Below, piece after piece: positions 8,953 through 19,700 of a stretch of 64,000 bases of DNA. Origin of the DNA: Pseudomonadota bacterium (lineage in GTDB: Bacteria; UBA10199; 2-02-FULL-44-16; DYJF01); contig JBDRBB010000006.1 of assembly GCA_043823065.1 (NCBI GenBank), positions 140,359 through 204,358 on the forward strand, in the 5' to 3' direction. The notes beneath the pieces are model-generated. The model had not been told where the DNA came from. It saw only the letters and a program-made list of their open reading frames with translations, and searched no databases. Made by a program: the position numbers and the translations under genes. Within the stretch, counting starts at the first letter, position 1. Each line of letters starts with the position of its first letter.

Positions 8953-10383
8953 ATGCTAACTAAGCGGATTTTATCATGCTTTTTTATTTTGGCCTTATTT
9001 TTTAGCCAAATATCAATAGCCCAAACTGAACCCTATAAAACCATTAATGATACTTTGGTTTTGAACTTGGAAGATTGTCTAAAACTCGCCCTGGAAAACA
9101 ATCAAAAAGTAGTTGGCGCTGGCTATGCCATTGAAGCTGCCCAGCAGCAGCTTAAAGAAGCTAATGCTGCTTTTTGGCCTATTCTTGAATATGAATACCG
9201 CGTAGCGCCTGTACCCACTGATGCCAGCAGAGCCTTTGATTCTTTTTTTGAAGGAGAGCTGGCCATGTTCAATAGCTTTAAGTTTAGGGCCATTATGCCT
9301 GTCTTTGCCTCTGGCCAATTGAGCACTGCCCGCAAGCTTGGCAAACACGGAGTGGCTGCTGCTAGGCAAGAAAATATAAAACTGCGTGAGCAGACCATCT
9401 ATGAAGTTAAACAATTGTATTATGCCATTCAGCTGGCCAGCGAGCTAGACAAATTACTCGCCAATTCAGTGGAAAAAATTAATTCTAGACTGGAATCAGA
9501 AGAGTCAAAAGAAATTTCAGATATCTCGCCTTTTGATCTCTTAAAATTAAAAGTATTTAAGGTTGAATTGGAAAAACGCCTGGATGAAACCCAGCAAAAT
9601 AAAGAAATTGCCTTGCATGCCTTAAAAGTTCAAATGGGCCTGGATGAAAACGCCAAAATTAAATTAAGCAGTGAACTTTTAAAACCTGAAGTAGTTGAAC
9701 TTTCAACTTATAAAAAATACTTGCAAGCCTCGGCTGAACACCGTCCTGAATTTAAATTGTTAGAGATTGGAGTTGATGCAAAAAAATTACAATATAAATT
9801 GGAAAAACAAAAAATGGGACCAACAGCTGGCGCGGCCTTTTTTATAGATCTGGGTAGAACCACTGAAGATATTCGGAATGTTGGTTTGACCAATGATTAC
9901 GATGATCCTTTTAATTTTTCTCGAGCTGGTGCGGGTTTGCAAATTTCAGGCAAACTAGACTTTCATGGAGCTACAGCCCGCATCAGAAAAGCCAAGGCTG
10001 AATATCTAAAAGCTTCTTATGAAAAAATGATGGCCCGCAACGGATTGGCTCTGGATCTAGAAAAAGCCTATCGCAAGGCTGAGCGCCAGAAAAACAATGT
10101 GAACCGAGCCCAAGAAGCAGAATCCATGGCCAGACAAATGCTTTTCCTGGCCAAATCTAATTTAGACATTGGCGTAGGCGATGAAGACGATTATACAGAC
10201 GCCTTGCAATTGGTTTTACTGTCTCGCGGCCAATATTTTCAAGCAGTTTTTGAATACAATACAGCTTTAGCAGAGTTGGAACAAAAAGTAGGCAGCAATA
10301 ACTATGAACATCTAACATCTAGACCCAATATCCCTGAATATGAAATGTTCAACGGCAATAATGGTGAAGAATTTAATTGGTAA
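8953..10383 (+). CDS. TolC-family outer membrane protein
   Basis: Signal peptide, LNLEDCLKLALENN start and two OEP helical repeats. Confidence 0.85.
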   Translation: MLTKRILSCFFILALFFSQISIAQTEPYKTINDTLVLNLEDCLKLALENNQKVVGAGYAIEAAQQQLKEANAAFWPILEYEYRVAPVPTDASRAFDSFFEGELAMFNSFKFRAIMPVFASGQLSTARKLGKHGVAAARQENIKLREQTIYEVKQLYYAIQLASELDKLLANSVEKINSRLESEESKEISDISPFDLLKLKVFKVELEKRLDETQQNKEIALHALKVQMGLDENAKIKLSSELLKPEVVELSTYKKYLQASAEHRPEFKLLEIGVDAKKLQYKLEKQKMGPTAGAAFFIDLGRTTEDIRNVGLTNDYDDPFNFSRAGAGLQISGKLDFHGATARIRKAKAEYLKASYEKMMARNGLALDLEKAYRKAERQKNNVNRAQEAESMARQMLFLAKSNLDIGVGDEDDYTDALQLVLLSRGQYFQAVFEYNTALAELEQKVGSNNYEHLTSRPNIPEYEMFNGNNGEEFNW

Positions 10384-10398
10384 TAGGAGAATGCTTAA

Positions 10399-11085
10399 AT
10401 GAAAAAACATTTTACCCTCATTATTAGTTCTTTTTTAGTCTTGTTTTTCAGCGCAAATTTAGCCTTGGCCAACCCCAGCTATTATCCTGCTGGCACGCCA
10501 ACCAGAGCCATTCAGGACCTAGATGATATGTTGGAAAAATTTCATATGGGTCAACTGACTGCAGAGCAAGAAGAAGAAAATCGCGAACTAAAAAGAAAGA
10601 TTATCAAAGGCACTTTTAACATTTATGAACTTTCCAAATTATCTTTGGCCCAAAATTGGAACAAAATAAGCGCGCAACAGCAAACCGATTTTGTCCAGCT
10701 TTTAACCGATCTCTTGGAAGAAAAAGCTTTGCTTTCCAAAGAACAAGTTGCGGTAAAAAGCAAGAGTAGCCGTAAATATACTGTGAATTATAAAGGCCAT
10801 GTATTTAAAAATGCGGATAAAACAAATGCTTTTGTACGTACTAGAGTTATTGTTCCTACCGAAAACATTACTATCAACATCAACTATAAATTAAAAAAGA
10901 ACAACCAAGAATGGCAGATTTACGACATAGTTGTGGATGAAGCCAGCCTGGTTGATAATTATCGTTATCAATTTAATTCAATAATTCAGAAAAATGGGCA
11001 TGAAGATTTAGTGCGACGCATGAAAGAAAAACTAGATGATATTCGGGCCAAACGAACCAATAATTCTGGAGATGAAGGTGTTTAA
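10399..11085 (+). CDS. MlaC/Ttg2D-like periplasmic lipid-binding protein
   Basis: Signal peptide; WQIYDIVVDEASLVDNYRYQF motif. Confidence 0.85.
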   Translation: MKKHFTLIISSFLVLFFSANLALANPSYYPAGTPTRAIQDLDDMLEKFHMGQLTAEQEEENRELKRKIIKGTFNIYELSKLSLAQNWNKISAQQQTDFVQLLTDLLEEKALLSKEQVAVKSKSSRKYTVNYKGHVFKNADKTNAFVRTRVIVPTENITININYKLKKNNQEWQIYDIVVDEASLVDNYRYQFNSIIQKNGHEDLVRRMKEKLDDIRAKRTNNSGDEGV

Positions 11086-11087
11086 AT

Positions 11088-12503
11088 ATGAAAAAAGCTG
11101 CCCGAGCCATTGTCCTCTTAGCAGATGGCGCCCGTTCTGATGTTTTTTTTGAACTTTTGGAACAAGGCCATTTACCAAACGTTAAGAAATACCTAAGTGA
11201 TCCAGGCTTGGCCTTGCCAGCAGTTACCAGCTTTCCTTCCACCACAGGCCCTGCTTATCTTCCTTTTTTAACTGGCGCTTTTCCAGGTACTTGCAATGTT
11301 CCTGGCATCAGGTGGTTTGATAAAAAACGTTATGAAACTAAAGGTAGGTTTTCCTTTAATCGTTATCGCAGTTATGTTGGCTTGGAAAGTTTTCTCATTG
11401 GCAGAGATCTTGCGCCGCAGATAAAAACTATTTTTGAACTCACTCCTGATTCTTACAGCATTTTTAATCCAATTGCCAGAGGCTCTGGTTTTAGAAACAA
11501 AACCAGATATTCCCGAATTTGGTATTGGTATTATTCCCATTTAACTGATCATTGGAGCTTGGCAGATGAAGCTGGCCTGAAAAAAACCCTTAAAGTCTTG
11601 GGCCAAGGTTGTAAATTTGTGTTTACTGTACTTCCAGGTATTGATGAATATTCTCATTTAACCCATCCTCGCCATAAAAAAGTAATTGAGCGCTATCTTT
11701 GGTTGGACCAGGCTATTGGCCAAATAGCCGAGTTCTTAATCAAACGCAATAAATGGCAAGATACAGCTTTGTGGTTAGTAAGCGACCATGGGCTTTCCAA
11801 AACAGATCAGCATTTCTGTCTGAACACTTTTTTAGAAGAAAAAGGTTGGCCTGCTTTTTATTATCCTTTGATTTTTAACAAAAAGGGCAAGACCTCAGCT
11901 AGCATGGTTTCTGGCAATGGCATGGCTCATATCTATTTCAAAAACACAAAAGGCTGGGCAGGAAAAATAACTTACAACAAATTAAGAAATTTGATTCCAG
12001 ATATTTTTGAATCTCTACTGGAACATAAGGCCATAGACATTATTGCCTGCCAGGATGATCACAATTCCATTCGGGTCTTGAGTCGTCTGGGCCAGGCAAG
12101 AATTAGGCAAGAAAAAAATAAATTTTTCTATGAAACAGATGGTTCTGATCCATTTGGATATAATAACTTGCCCAATCACAGCCTCTCTGCTCAAGAATTA
12201 TTGGCAGCAACTTTAAATACTAATTATCCAGATGCGCCTTTTCAAATTGCGCAGCTTTTTACTTCTGAGCGCACTGGCGATTTGGTGCTTAGCGCAACTC
12301 CTGGCTATGATTTGCGCCTGAAATATGAAAACCCTGAGCACAAGGCTTCGCACGGCTCATTGCATCGCAGCCACATGCTGGTGCCAATTCTTTGTAATCA
12401 AGCTTATCTTAAGCGCCCTATGCGTACGGTTGATGTTTTTCCCACCATATTAGAATCTCTGGGCCTTTCAATTCCTGAATATGTTGAAGGAGAAGCTTTA
12501 TGA
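11088..12503 (+). CDS. Alkaline phosphatase superfamily (NPP/phosphodiesterase) protein
   Basis: LADGAR, FPSTT, DEYSH, SDHG, HGSL and RTVDV motifs. Confidence 0.88.
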   Translation: MKKAARAIVLLADGARSDVFFELLEQGHLPNVKKYLSDPGLALPAVTSFPSTTGPAYLPFLTGAFPGTCNVPGIRWFDKKRYETKGRFSFNRYRSYVGLESFLIGRDLAPQIKTIFELTPDSYSIFNPIARGSGFRNKTRYSRIWYWYYSHLTDHWSLADEAGLKKTLKVLGQGCKFVFTVLPGIDEYSHLTHPRHKKVIERYLWLDQAIGQIAEFLIKRNKWQDTALWLVSDHGLSKTDQHFCLNTFLEEKGWPAFYYPLIFNKKGKTSASMVSGNGMAHIYFKNTKGWAGKITYNKLRNLIPDIFESLLEHKAIDIIACQDDHNSIRVLSRLGQARIRQEKNKFFYETDGSDPFGYNNLPNHSLSAQELLAATLNTNYPDAPFQIAQLFTSERTGDLVLSATPGYDLRLKYENPEHKASHGSLHRSHMLVPILCNQAYLKRPMRTVDVFPTILESLGLSIPEYVEGEAL

Positions 12504-13267
12504 AAATTGGGGTATTAGTTAAGCAAGTGCCAGATACAGAAACTAAGATTAAAATCAGCAGTGATCAAAAAAATATCGACGAAGCTGGCATCAAATGGGT
12601 GATTAATCCTTATGATGAAATTGCAGTGGAGCAGGCGCTAAAATTAAAGGAGCAAGTTGGGGGAGAAGTAATAATTATTAGCGCAGGCCCTGCTCGCGCT
12701 CAGGAGGCAATTAGGCAAGCTTTGGCTATGGGCGCAGACAGTGGCATTCATATCAATACTCAAAACGACATTTTAGATGTTTTTGCCACAGCAAATATCT
12801 TAACTGCTGCCATTAAGACCAGCCAATTTGAAATAATTTTTACTGGCAAACAAGCAGTTGATGATGACAATGCTCAAGTGCATATTGCAGTGGCGGAAAA
12901 ACTAGGCTGGCCGCATATTTCGCCAGTGGAAAAATTTAGTTTTAAGGAAAATAGCGTGGAAGTGCAGCGTCCAGTTTCTGGTGGAACCAAGGAAATTATT
13001 TCTGTTCCCTTGCCTGTGGTAATTGGTTGTGAAAAAGGACTAAATGAACCCAGGTATCCTTCTTTACCTGGTATAATGAAGGCCAAATCCAAACCCCTGG
13101 AAGAACTTAAAGCTACTGATCTTCTGGAAAATCCGGCAAAGAAGCTAAATATTTTAAGCTATAGTTTGCCTCCAGAACGTACGGCTGGCAAAATTATTGA
13201 AGGTGAACCTGAACAAGCAGCAGCAGAACTAGTGCGATTGTTAAGAGAGGAGGCAAAAGTTATATGA
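12500..13267 (+). CDS. etfB: Electron transfer flavoprotein beta subunit
   Basis: KQVPDT, NPYDE, GKQAVD, NEPRYPSL. Confidence 0.96.
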   Translation: MKIGVLVKQVPDTETKIKISSDQKNIDEAGIKWVINPYDEIAVEQALKLKEQVGGEVIIISAGPARAQEAIRQALAMGADSGIHINTQNDILDVFATANILTAAIKTSQFEIIFTGKQAVDDDNAQVHIAVAEKLGWPHISPVEKFSFKENSVEVQRPVSGGTKEIISVPLPVVIGCEKGLNEPRYPSLPGIMKAKSKPLEELKATDLLENPAKKLNILSYSLPPERTAGKIIEGEPEQAAAELVRLLREEAKVI

Positions 13268-14238
13268 GCCATATTCTCATTCTTGCTGAACAGGCAGATG
13301 GCAGATTAAAAAAATATTCTAAAGAACTGGCAGGAAAAGCTGCTGAACTTGCCAAATTAACTAATGCACAATTAAGTGCGGCCATTTTTGCTGAAAACCC
13401 AGAAACCAGCGCCAAGGAATTGGGTGATTATGGCGTAAGTAAAATTTTCACGGTTAGTCATCCTGATCTTACCAATTATTCTGGTGAAGCCTATACCAAG
13501 GTTTTTTGCGAGATTATTCAAAAAGAAAATCCTTTACTTGTTTTAGGCACAGCTTCTAACAATACCAAGGATTTATTTGCCAAAAGTGCGGCGCGCTTAA
13601 ACACTGGATTGGCTAATGATTGTCTAGACATCTTTTTTAATAATGATCGCTATAAATTTAGGCGGCCAGTATTTGCTGGCAAGGCTATTCAAGAATTAGA
13701 AATTCAGGGCTCACCTCAAATGGCCACGTTTAGGCCAAACATTTTTCCGGTTAAAAAACCTCAAACCAGCAGCGCTGAATTAGTTGTCTTTGAGGCAGAC
13801 CCAGGAGAGATAAAAGCCAAAGTAAAAAATATCACCCAAGCTGAAGCTGGACTGGTTGATCTAACCGAGTCAGAGCGCATTGTGTCTGCTGGCCGCGGCA
13901 TTGCCAAACCAGAAAACTTACCTCTAATCAAAGAGCTGGCTCAAGAGCTACGCGCCAGCCTTGGCGCTTCACGCGCTATTGTTGATGCTGGTTTTATCTC
14001 TCATGATCACCAAGTTGGCCAAACTGGGAAAACCGTAAATCCTTCATTGTATATTGCTTGTGGAATTTCCGGGGCCATTCAACATCTGGCTGGCATGAGA
14101 ACCTCCAAGGTTATTGTAGCAATTAACAAGGATCCAGAAGCCCCAATTTTTTCCAAAGCAGATTATGGTATTGTGGGCGATTTATTTAAAGTGCTACCTG
14201 CGTTGACAAAGGAGTTCAAAAAGGTTTTAAAGGAGTAA
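13264..14238 (+). CDS. etfA: Electron transfer flavoprotein alpha subunit
   Basis: GASRA, QVGQTGK, GISGAIQHLAGM, INKDPEAPIF. Confidence 0.96.
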   Translation: MSHILILAEQADGRLKKYSKELAGKAAELAKLTNAQLSAAIFAENPETSAKELGDYGVSKIFTVSHPDLTNYSGEAYTKVFCEIIQKENPLLVLGTASNNTKDLFAKSAARLNTGLANDCLDIFFNNDRYKFRRPVFAGKAIQELEIQGSPQMATFRPNIFPVKKPQTSSAELVVFEADPGEIKAKVKNITQAEAGLVDLTESERIVSAGRGIAKPENLPLIKELAQELRASLGASRAIVDAGFISHDHQVGQTGKTVNPSLYIACGISGAIQHLAGMRTSKVIVAINKDPEAPIFSKADYGIVGDLFKVLPALTKEFKKVLKE

Positions 14239-14239
14239 T

Positions 14240-15988
14240 ATGAAATCATTACAGGGTGGAAATTTTTTAATCGCAGCTACAGATAAAACTGATATTTTTA
14301 TTCCTGAAGAACTCAGCTTTGAACAAAAGGAACTGGCTAATTTAGCGGCCCGTTTTTCCATGCGCGAAGTTTTTTCCCAATCAGAAAAAATTGAAGAATT
14401 AAATTATGAATTGAGCAGAGAATTGGTTCGTAAGGCTGGCGAGCAAGGTCTGCTTTTGGCTGACATTCCCACCAATTATAACGGCTTAGGGTTGGATAAA
14501 CTCAGCTCCATGTTGATTTCAGAAAATTTTTCCCATCAAGGTTCTTTTTCAGTTACCATAAATTGTCATCTGGGTATTGGTACCCTACCTTTACTTTATT
14601 ATGGAACTGAAGATCAAAAAAAACGTTATCTACCAAAGCTGGCTACTGGAGAAATAATTTCCGCCTATTCCTTAACTGAAGCAGATGCTGGCACAGATGC
14701 CTTATCCATAAAAACCAAGGCCAAACTTGCTGAAGATAAAAAACATTATCTCCTGAATGGTGAAAAAGTTTTTTGCACCAATGGCGGCTTGGCAGATTTA
14801 ATCACGGTTTTTGCCAAAGTGGATGGCGATAAATTCACCGCATTTCTGGTGGAAAAAAATTTTCCAGGAGTAGTGATTGCTAAAGAAGAAAATAAAATGG
14901 GCATTAAGGGCGCCTCGACCACGGCCATTTCCTTTCAGAACGCCCAAATACCTGTAGAAAATGTTTTAGGCGAAGTTGGCCAAGGTCATAAAATTGCTTT
15001 TAACGTGTTAAACTTGGGTCGGGCCAAATTAGGCGCAGCCTGTGTGGGCGGCATGAAGCGTTCTTTGGAAATTATGACTTCCTATGCCAACCAAAGATAT
15101 CAATTCGGCAAACCTATTGCTGAATTTCAGCTTATTCAGGAAAAAGTAGCTAACAGCGCAGTTAAAACCTATCTGGCTGAATCAATGATTTACAGACTTT
15201 GGGGAGATATCGCGCAATTGGACAAACAAGCTCAGGATAAAATAAAGTTTCTCCAAGAATTTGCCGCAGAAAGCTCTATGGCCAAGGTCTTTTGTTCTGA
15301 AGCTCTGCAAACCATTAATGATAATGCCCTGCAAGTGCATGGCGGTTACGGGTATATGCACGACTATCCTGTGGAACATAACTTCCGCAATGCCAGAATA
15401 AATAGCATCTTTGAAGGCACTAATGAAATAAATCGCCTAATTATTTCGCAAGTATTACTTAAAAGAGCTTTGGCTGGCAGATTGCCTCTACTGGAACGTT
15501 TGCAAGAAATTTTGGTGGAACTAAAATCTGGACTAGCCCCAATTGATGCCAACCAGCCTTTGAGCACCTATATTGATCAAGTGGAAAGACTTAAACGCCT
15601 AACCATCTATGTAGCAGGTGTTGCTGCCCAAACCTTTACCACTGATCTGGAAAACCAACAAACAATTCTGGCCTTTATTGCTGATTTAGCCACAGCTACC
15701 TATACCCTGGAATCTGGTTTAATTCGCTGTTTAAAAGTAATGACCATGGAAAATATTGATTCAAAAATCCATGAAGCAGCAATTAAGGTGGCAATTGCTG
15801 AGCAAGTTCCTGCCTTAAATACCAGGGCCAGACAAGCTTTGATTAATATTGCCAAAGGAAATGAAGCTATTGCTGGCCCGTACTTAAAAGCCTTTGACCG
15901 AATTGCAGCTTATTGTTTTACTAATACTTCTTCTCTAAAAGAGACAATTGCTAAACACGTGCTGGAGAGGGAAATGTATGATTTATAA
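14240..15988 (+). CDS. Long-form acyl-CoA dehydrogenase (FadE-like)
   Basis: LTEADAGTD, GEKVFCTNG, RYQFGKPI, QVHGGYGY, FEGTNEINR. Confidence 0.93.
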   Translation: MKSLQGGNFLIAATDKTDIFIPEELSFEQKELANLAARFSMREVFSQSEKIEELNYELSRELVRKAGEQGLLLADIPTNYNGLGLDKLSSMLISENFSHQGSFSVTINCHLGIGTLPLLYYGTEDQKKRYLPKLATGEIISAYSLTEADAGTDALSIKTKAKLAEDKKHYLLNGEKVFCTNGGLADLITVFAKVDGDKFTAFLVEKNFPGVVIAKEENKMGIKGASTTAISFQNAQIPVENVLGEVGQGHKIAFNVLNLGRAKLGAACVGGMKRSLEIMTSYANQRYQFGKPIAEFQLIQEKVANSAVKTYLAESMIYRLWGDIAQLDKQAQDKIKFLQEFAAESSMAKVFCSEALQTINDNALQVHGGYGYMHDYPVEHNFRNARINSIFEGTNEINRLIISQVLLKRALAGRLPLLERLQEILVELKSGLAPIDANQPLSTYIDQVERLKRLTIYVAGVAAQTFTTDLENQQTILAFIADLATATYTLESGLIRCLKVMTMENIDSKIHEAAIKVAIAEQVPALNTRARQALINIAKGNEAIAGPYLKAFDRIAAYCFTNTSSLKETIAKHVLEREMYDL

Positions 15989-15991
15989 AGC

Positions 15992-16085
15992 AAATCCTAA
16001 ATTCAAAATTCTAAATTCTAAACAATATCAAATGTTCAAAACATGTAGCTTTTGTTTAGGATTTAGATATTAGAGATTAGAATTT
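15992..16085. repeat. Heptamer-periodic palindromic intergenic element, copy 1
   Basis: AAATCCTAAAT...CTAAACAA / TTGTTTAGGATTTAG...; related copies at 38645 and 60292. Confidence 0.8.
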
Positions 16086-16096
16086 GTTTTTTCATT

Positions 16097-16708
16097 ATGG
16101 CTACTAAATATATCGCAATCGCCGGCAACATGGGATCAGGCAAATCCAGCCTGGCAGGATTTTTGTGCCAACAATATAACTTGAAACCTTTTTTTGAACC
16201 CAATGATCTTAATCCTTTTTTACCTCTTTTTTACAAAGATATGAAGCGCTGGGCGTTTCATTCGCAAATGCATTTTCTCACCCAAAAATTTCGTATCCAT
16301 CAAGAATTGGACCGCTATGCTGGAACTGTAGTTCAGGATCGCACCATTTATGAAGATGCAGAAATTTTTGCTGCCAATCTGTTTAAGACCGGCTTCATGA
16401 GCAAGCAAGAATATCAAACTTACCAGGAATTGTATGAATCTCTGCAAGAAGTGATTAATCCGCCAGATATTATGATTTATTGCGATTGTCCGGTCCGCAC
16501 CTTAAAAAAGCGCATCTCCAAGAGAAACCGCGCTATTGAGGCCAAAGTGCCAGATGAATATTTAAAAGGTTTGGACAAACTTTATAAGCGTTGGCTAAAT
16601 AAATACGCCAAATCACCAGTTATCTGTTTTCCAACAGGCCATGCAGATTATTTATCAGATTTTATTCATCGCCAGGATTTGCTGGGAGAGATTGAAAAGC
16701 ATCTGTAA
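16097..16708 (+). CDS. Deoxynucleoside kinase
   Basis: GNMGSGKS P-loop, QDRTIYED, PDIMIY. Confidence 0.92.
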   Translation: MATKYIAIAGNMGSGKSSLAGFLCQQYNLKPFFEPNDLNPFLPLFYKDMKRWAFHSQMHFLTQKFRIHQELDRYAGTVVQDRTIYEDAEIFAANLFKTGFMSKQEYQTYQELYESLQEVINPPDIMIYCDCPVRTLKKRISKRNRAIEAKVPDEYLKGLDKLYKRWLNKYAKSPVICFPTGHADYLSDFIHRQDLLGEIEKHL

Positions 16709-19700
16709 ATTCCCATTCTCCATTGGGCTGCCTTCTTACCCGAACTTCCAGATAACCAGGAATTCTGGCAAAACTTTCTACAGATGGAGGAAGTCCACGC
16801 ATTTCATCTACTAGAGCAGCTGCTGCTGCCCAATCTGGCAGGCGATCAGCAACCATTTCTGGATCTTCTACCGAAAAAGTAAGTCTGCCGCTCTGAATCA
16901 TCCTTCTACCCACTAGACCCTGGCTGCCAACCTGAACCATATAAATATTTTGATCAGCCCTGGGCATAGGTTGCGGATATCCATAAAAATAATGAGGATA
17001 CTGGGTCCACATTCTTTGCAATGTCTCACCTACTTGATCTGGATACACACTATTACCGGAATAGATGCTAAGCAATGGAGATAAAACATCAGGGTCATAT
17101 ACAGTATATCTGTAGCGGGTGCTATCTGGATCAACAAACATTTCCAAGCCAGCTTGCTCAAGTAAATATAAGCGATCTGATTCATCCATTAGCTCAAAGG
17201 AACTTGCTGCTGCTGTAGTGCTTAAAGGTTTTACACCCAAGGCTGTTAGGGCTATTTCCAAACTGTTAAATTCAATTGGCCGGCCTGGACTAAGATAATT
17301 AGCGTCCCTGGGATCACCCCAAATAGGCATAGGAACAACTGGATCTTCATAACCAACCTGAGCCAACTCAGAACTTGGAGTATAACCAACTAAAGGCATG
17401 CTGGCGATAAAACGCCTGGCTGAATCAAATAAAGCGCGGCCCTGGGCGTTATCTGGAAATCTTGTTCTGGCTCCAGCAAAATTGGGCCGGACATATCTTA
17501 AAAAAGATCCTAAACATCTAGCACACATTTGCAAATATGTTCCTGGTTCCACAAAAGCATCATCTCCAACATCATCTGCCCCATAAGAATTGCCAACTGC
17601 TAATAATCCGCCAACGTCAATAACTTGTTCTGGCCTAGGCCTAGCTGCTGGCAAATCTACAACAGCTAGCACCCCTGAAGGTTCTGCTAATGGCAATGGA
17701 GGAACCATGTGAATACTGGTAGGCGCTGCGGAAAAACCATGGCCTGAAACCGGCCCTGCCCCTGAATTGCCTGAATTAGATTCATTAGGAGGTAAAGAAG
17801 AAGATGAATTATTACCGCGATCTCTTACCGCGTAAATAATATCATTTACTGAATATCGAACTACTTCCAAACGATCAGACCTAGCTCCTGTCGCACGAAT
17901 CAACTCTTCAATTCTGCTGTTTTGGCTACTTCTATCTATATAAACTGTAAAACCTCTTTGTTCTAAATACTGGCGCCATTCTGCTCGACCACGGGTTATT
18001 ATATCATCTATGGTAAAAAGTACCTCGCCTCCTGGCAAAACTGTTTCAATCAAAGATTCAATCACCTCATCAGAGGAAGGATTAAAAGCCAAAGCAATCT
18101 GAGCAAAACCTTTAGGCAATTCCCTGACGTCCATCAGCACCATGGAATATGAGCGTTGCTCTGCATCCTCAATTGTCATTTCAATCATATCTGAATTATA
18201 ACCAATGGGAGGATTTTCTGCGGTAGGACTTTCCGGATCCAGTTCCACGCCAAGCACATGATAATAACTGGTAAAATTTGGAGCTAGAGCTAGAAATGTT
18301 GGTTCAGCAGGTGTGCGCGGACCAACCACTAAAATTATCGGTAAATTTGGCTCAACCAATCCTCCTGGATAATACCTGAAGTGAACACCAGTTTGTTCTA
18401 GTCTTGAAATCAAATCTTGAACAGGCGCTGTATCCTGAGCAAAACTTATCCGATTATACCTAAATCCATCAGCTGCGGTCACTCCTGCGTCTCGTTGCAT
18501 GCCTTGCAAGGGTGTATTATAAAATGAGACAATACGATCATAAACCTCTTTGGGCAAATTATCATCATATTCATGATATTCATCTCTCACTCTGGTTGCC
18601 AAAGACTCACCATCAACTAAATATATATCATAACCAGGAAAAGCATTTCTTAGGGAAGATAAGACCATTTCTCTACGCGGCTGCGGTAAACTGCGCATCC
18701 AATTATTGCCAGTTCTTCTGGTATTTTGAATTTGGTTAACATAGATGGCATTATCTCCAATATTAAAACTAACAACCATTACTTCTCTTCCTTGATGATG
18801 GATTAAAAAAGCAAAGCTACCATCAAAACCTCTTTGATAATATTCTCCTACTCTTCCTTCTCTTCCTTCAACTGTTGTTCTGTAATCAAATGTTACCTCA
18901 AAATCCGGATGAAACTCAAAAGCAGCTAAGGCAGCTAAAATGCTGTTTACAGTTGCTTGATCTGGAATTGTGCTAGCCACTCTGGCTGCTACTTCAGCAT
19001 TGCCTCTTAAGGCAACTAAGGGAATGCCAATTAATGAATTGGGATCTTCCTGGCGCACGATAACTTCAAGCTCATCAGGAGCCAATACAATCTCTGGATC
19101 TGTATCTTCGTTTGGATCATTAGCTTCAGAACGGATAGCGCGAATCACCCAAGTTGGCCGCAGATGAGATGGCAATCTATCAGGAAAAAATTGCCTGATT
19201 ATATCATTTTCCCTTTGTTCTGAAATTTCAAAACCCATTCCTCTTAAATAATCTATCCAAAATTCACGCGAGCGTACTGTAGGATCACCCATAATAACGA
19301 CTTCGCTTTGGGCAATTGCTGCTGCGGTTTCAATTAGTTCATCTCTGGGATTGGCCACAACCACCCTATCGGCAGGAGACAGAAACCTGGCATCAACATA
19401 TAACATTGAAGCATCAGCCCGAGATTCTAATGCTGGTGTAGCCAGCATATCTACACCAACTATGTGGTGCTCATTATCTCTCACTTGATCCAACCCAGTC
19501 TCTGGAGTTAGACCAAAAACATAAGTAACAGGCCAATCTGCTTGAGCAAAAAGAGCCTGGCCAGGGGCAAACTCGTGGGGCACTTCTCTGGCCCCTAAAT
19601 GCCCTAATATAATTCCCAGAGGAGAATATTCAGGCAAACCAAAAGATTGATCAGCAGGCGGCAAAGGAGTTGGATATACTGCTGGAGGCGGAGTGGAGGA

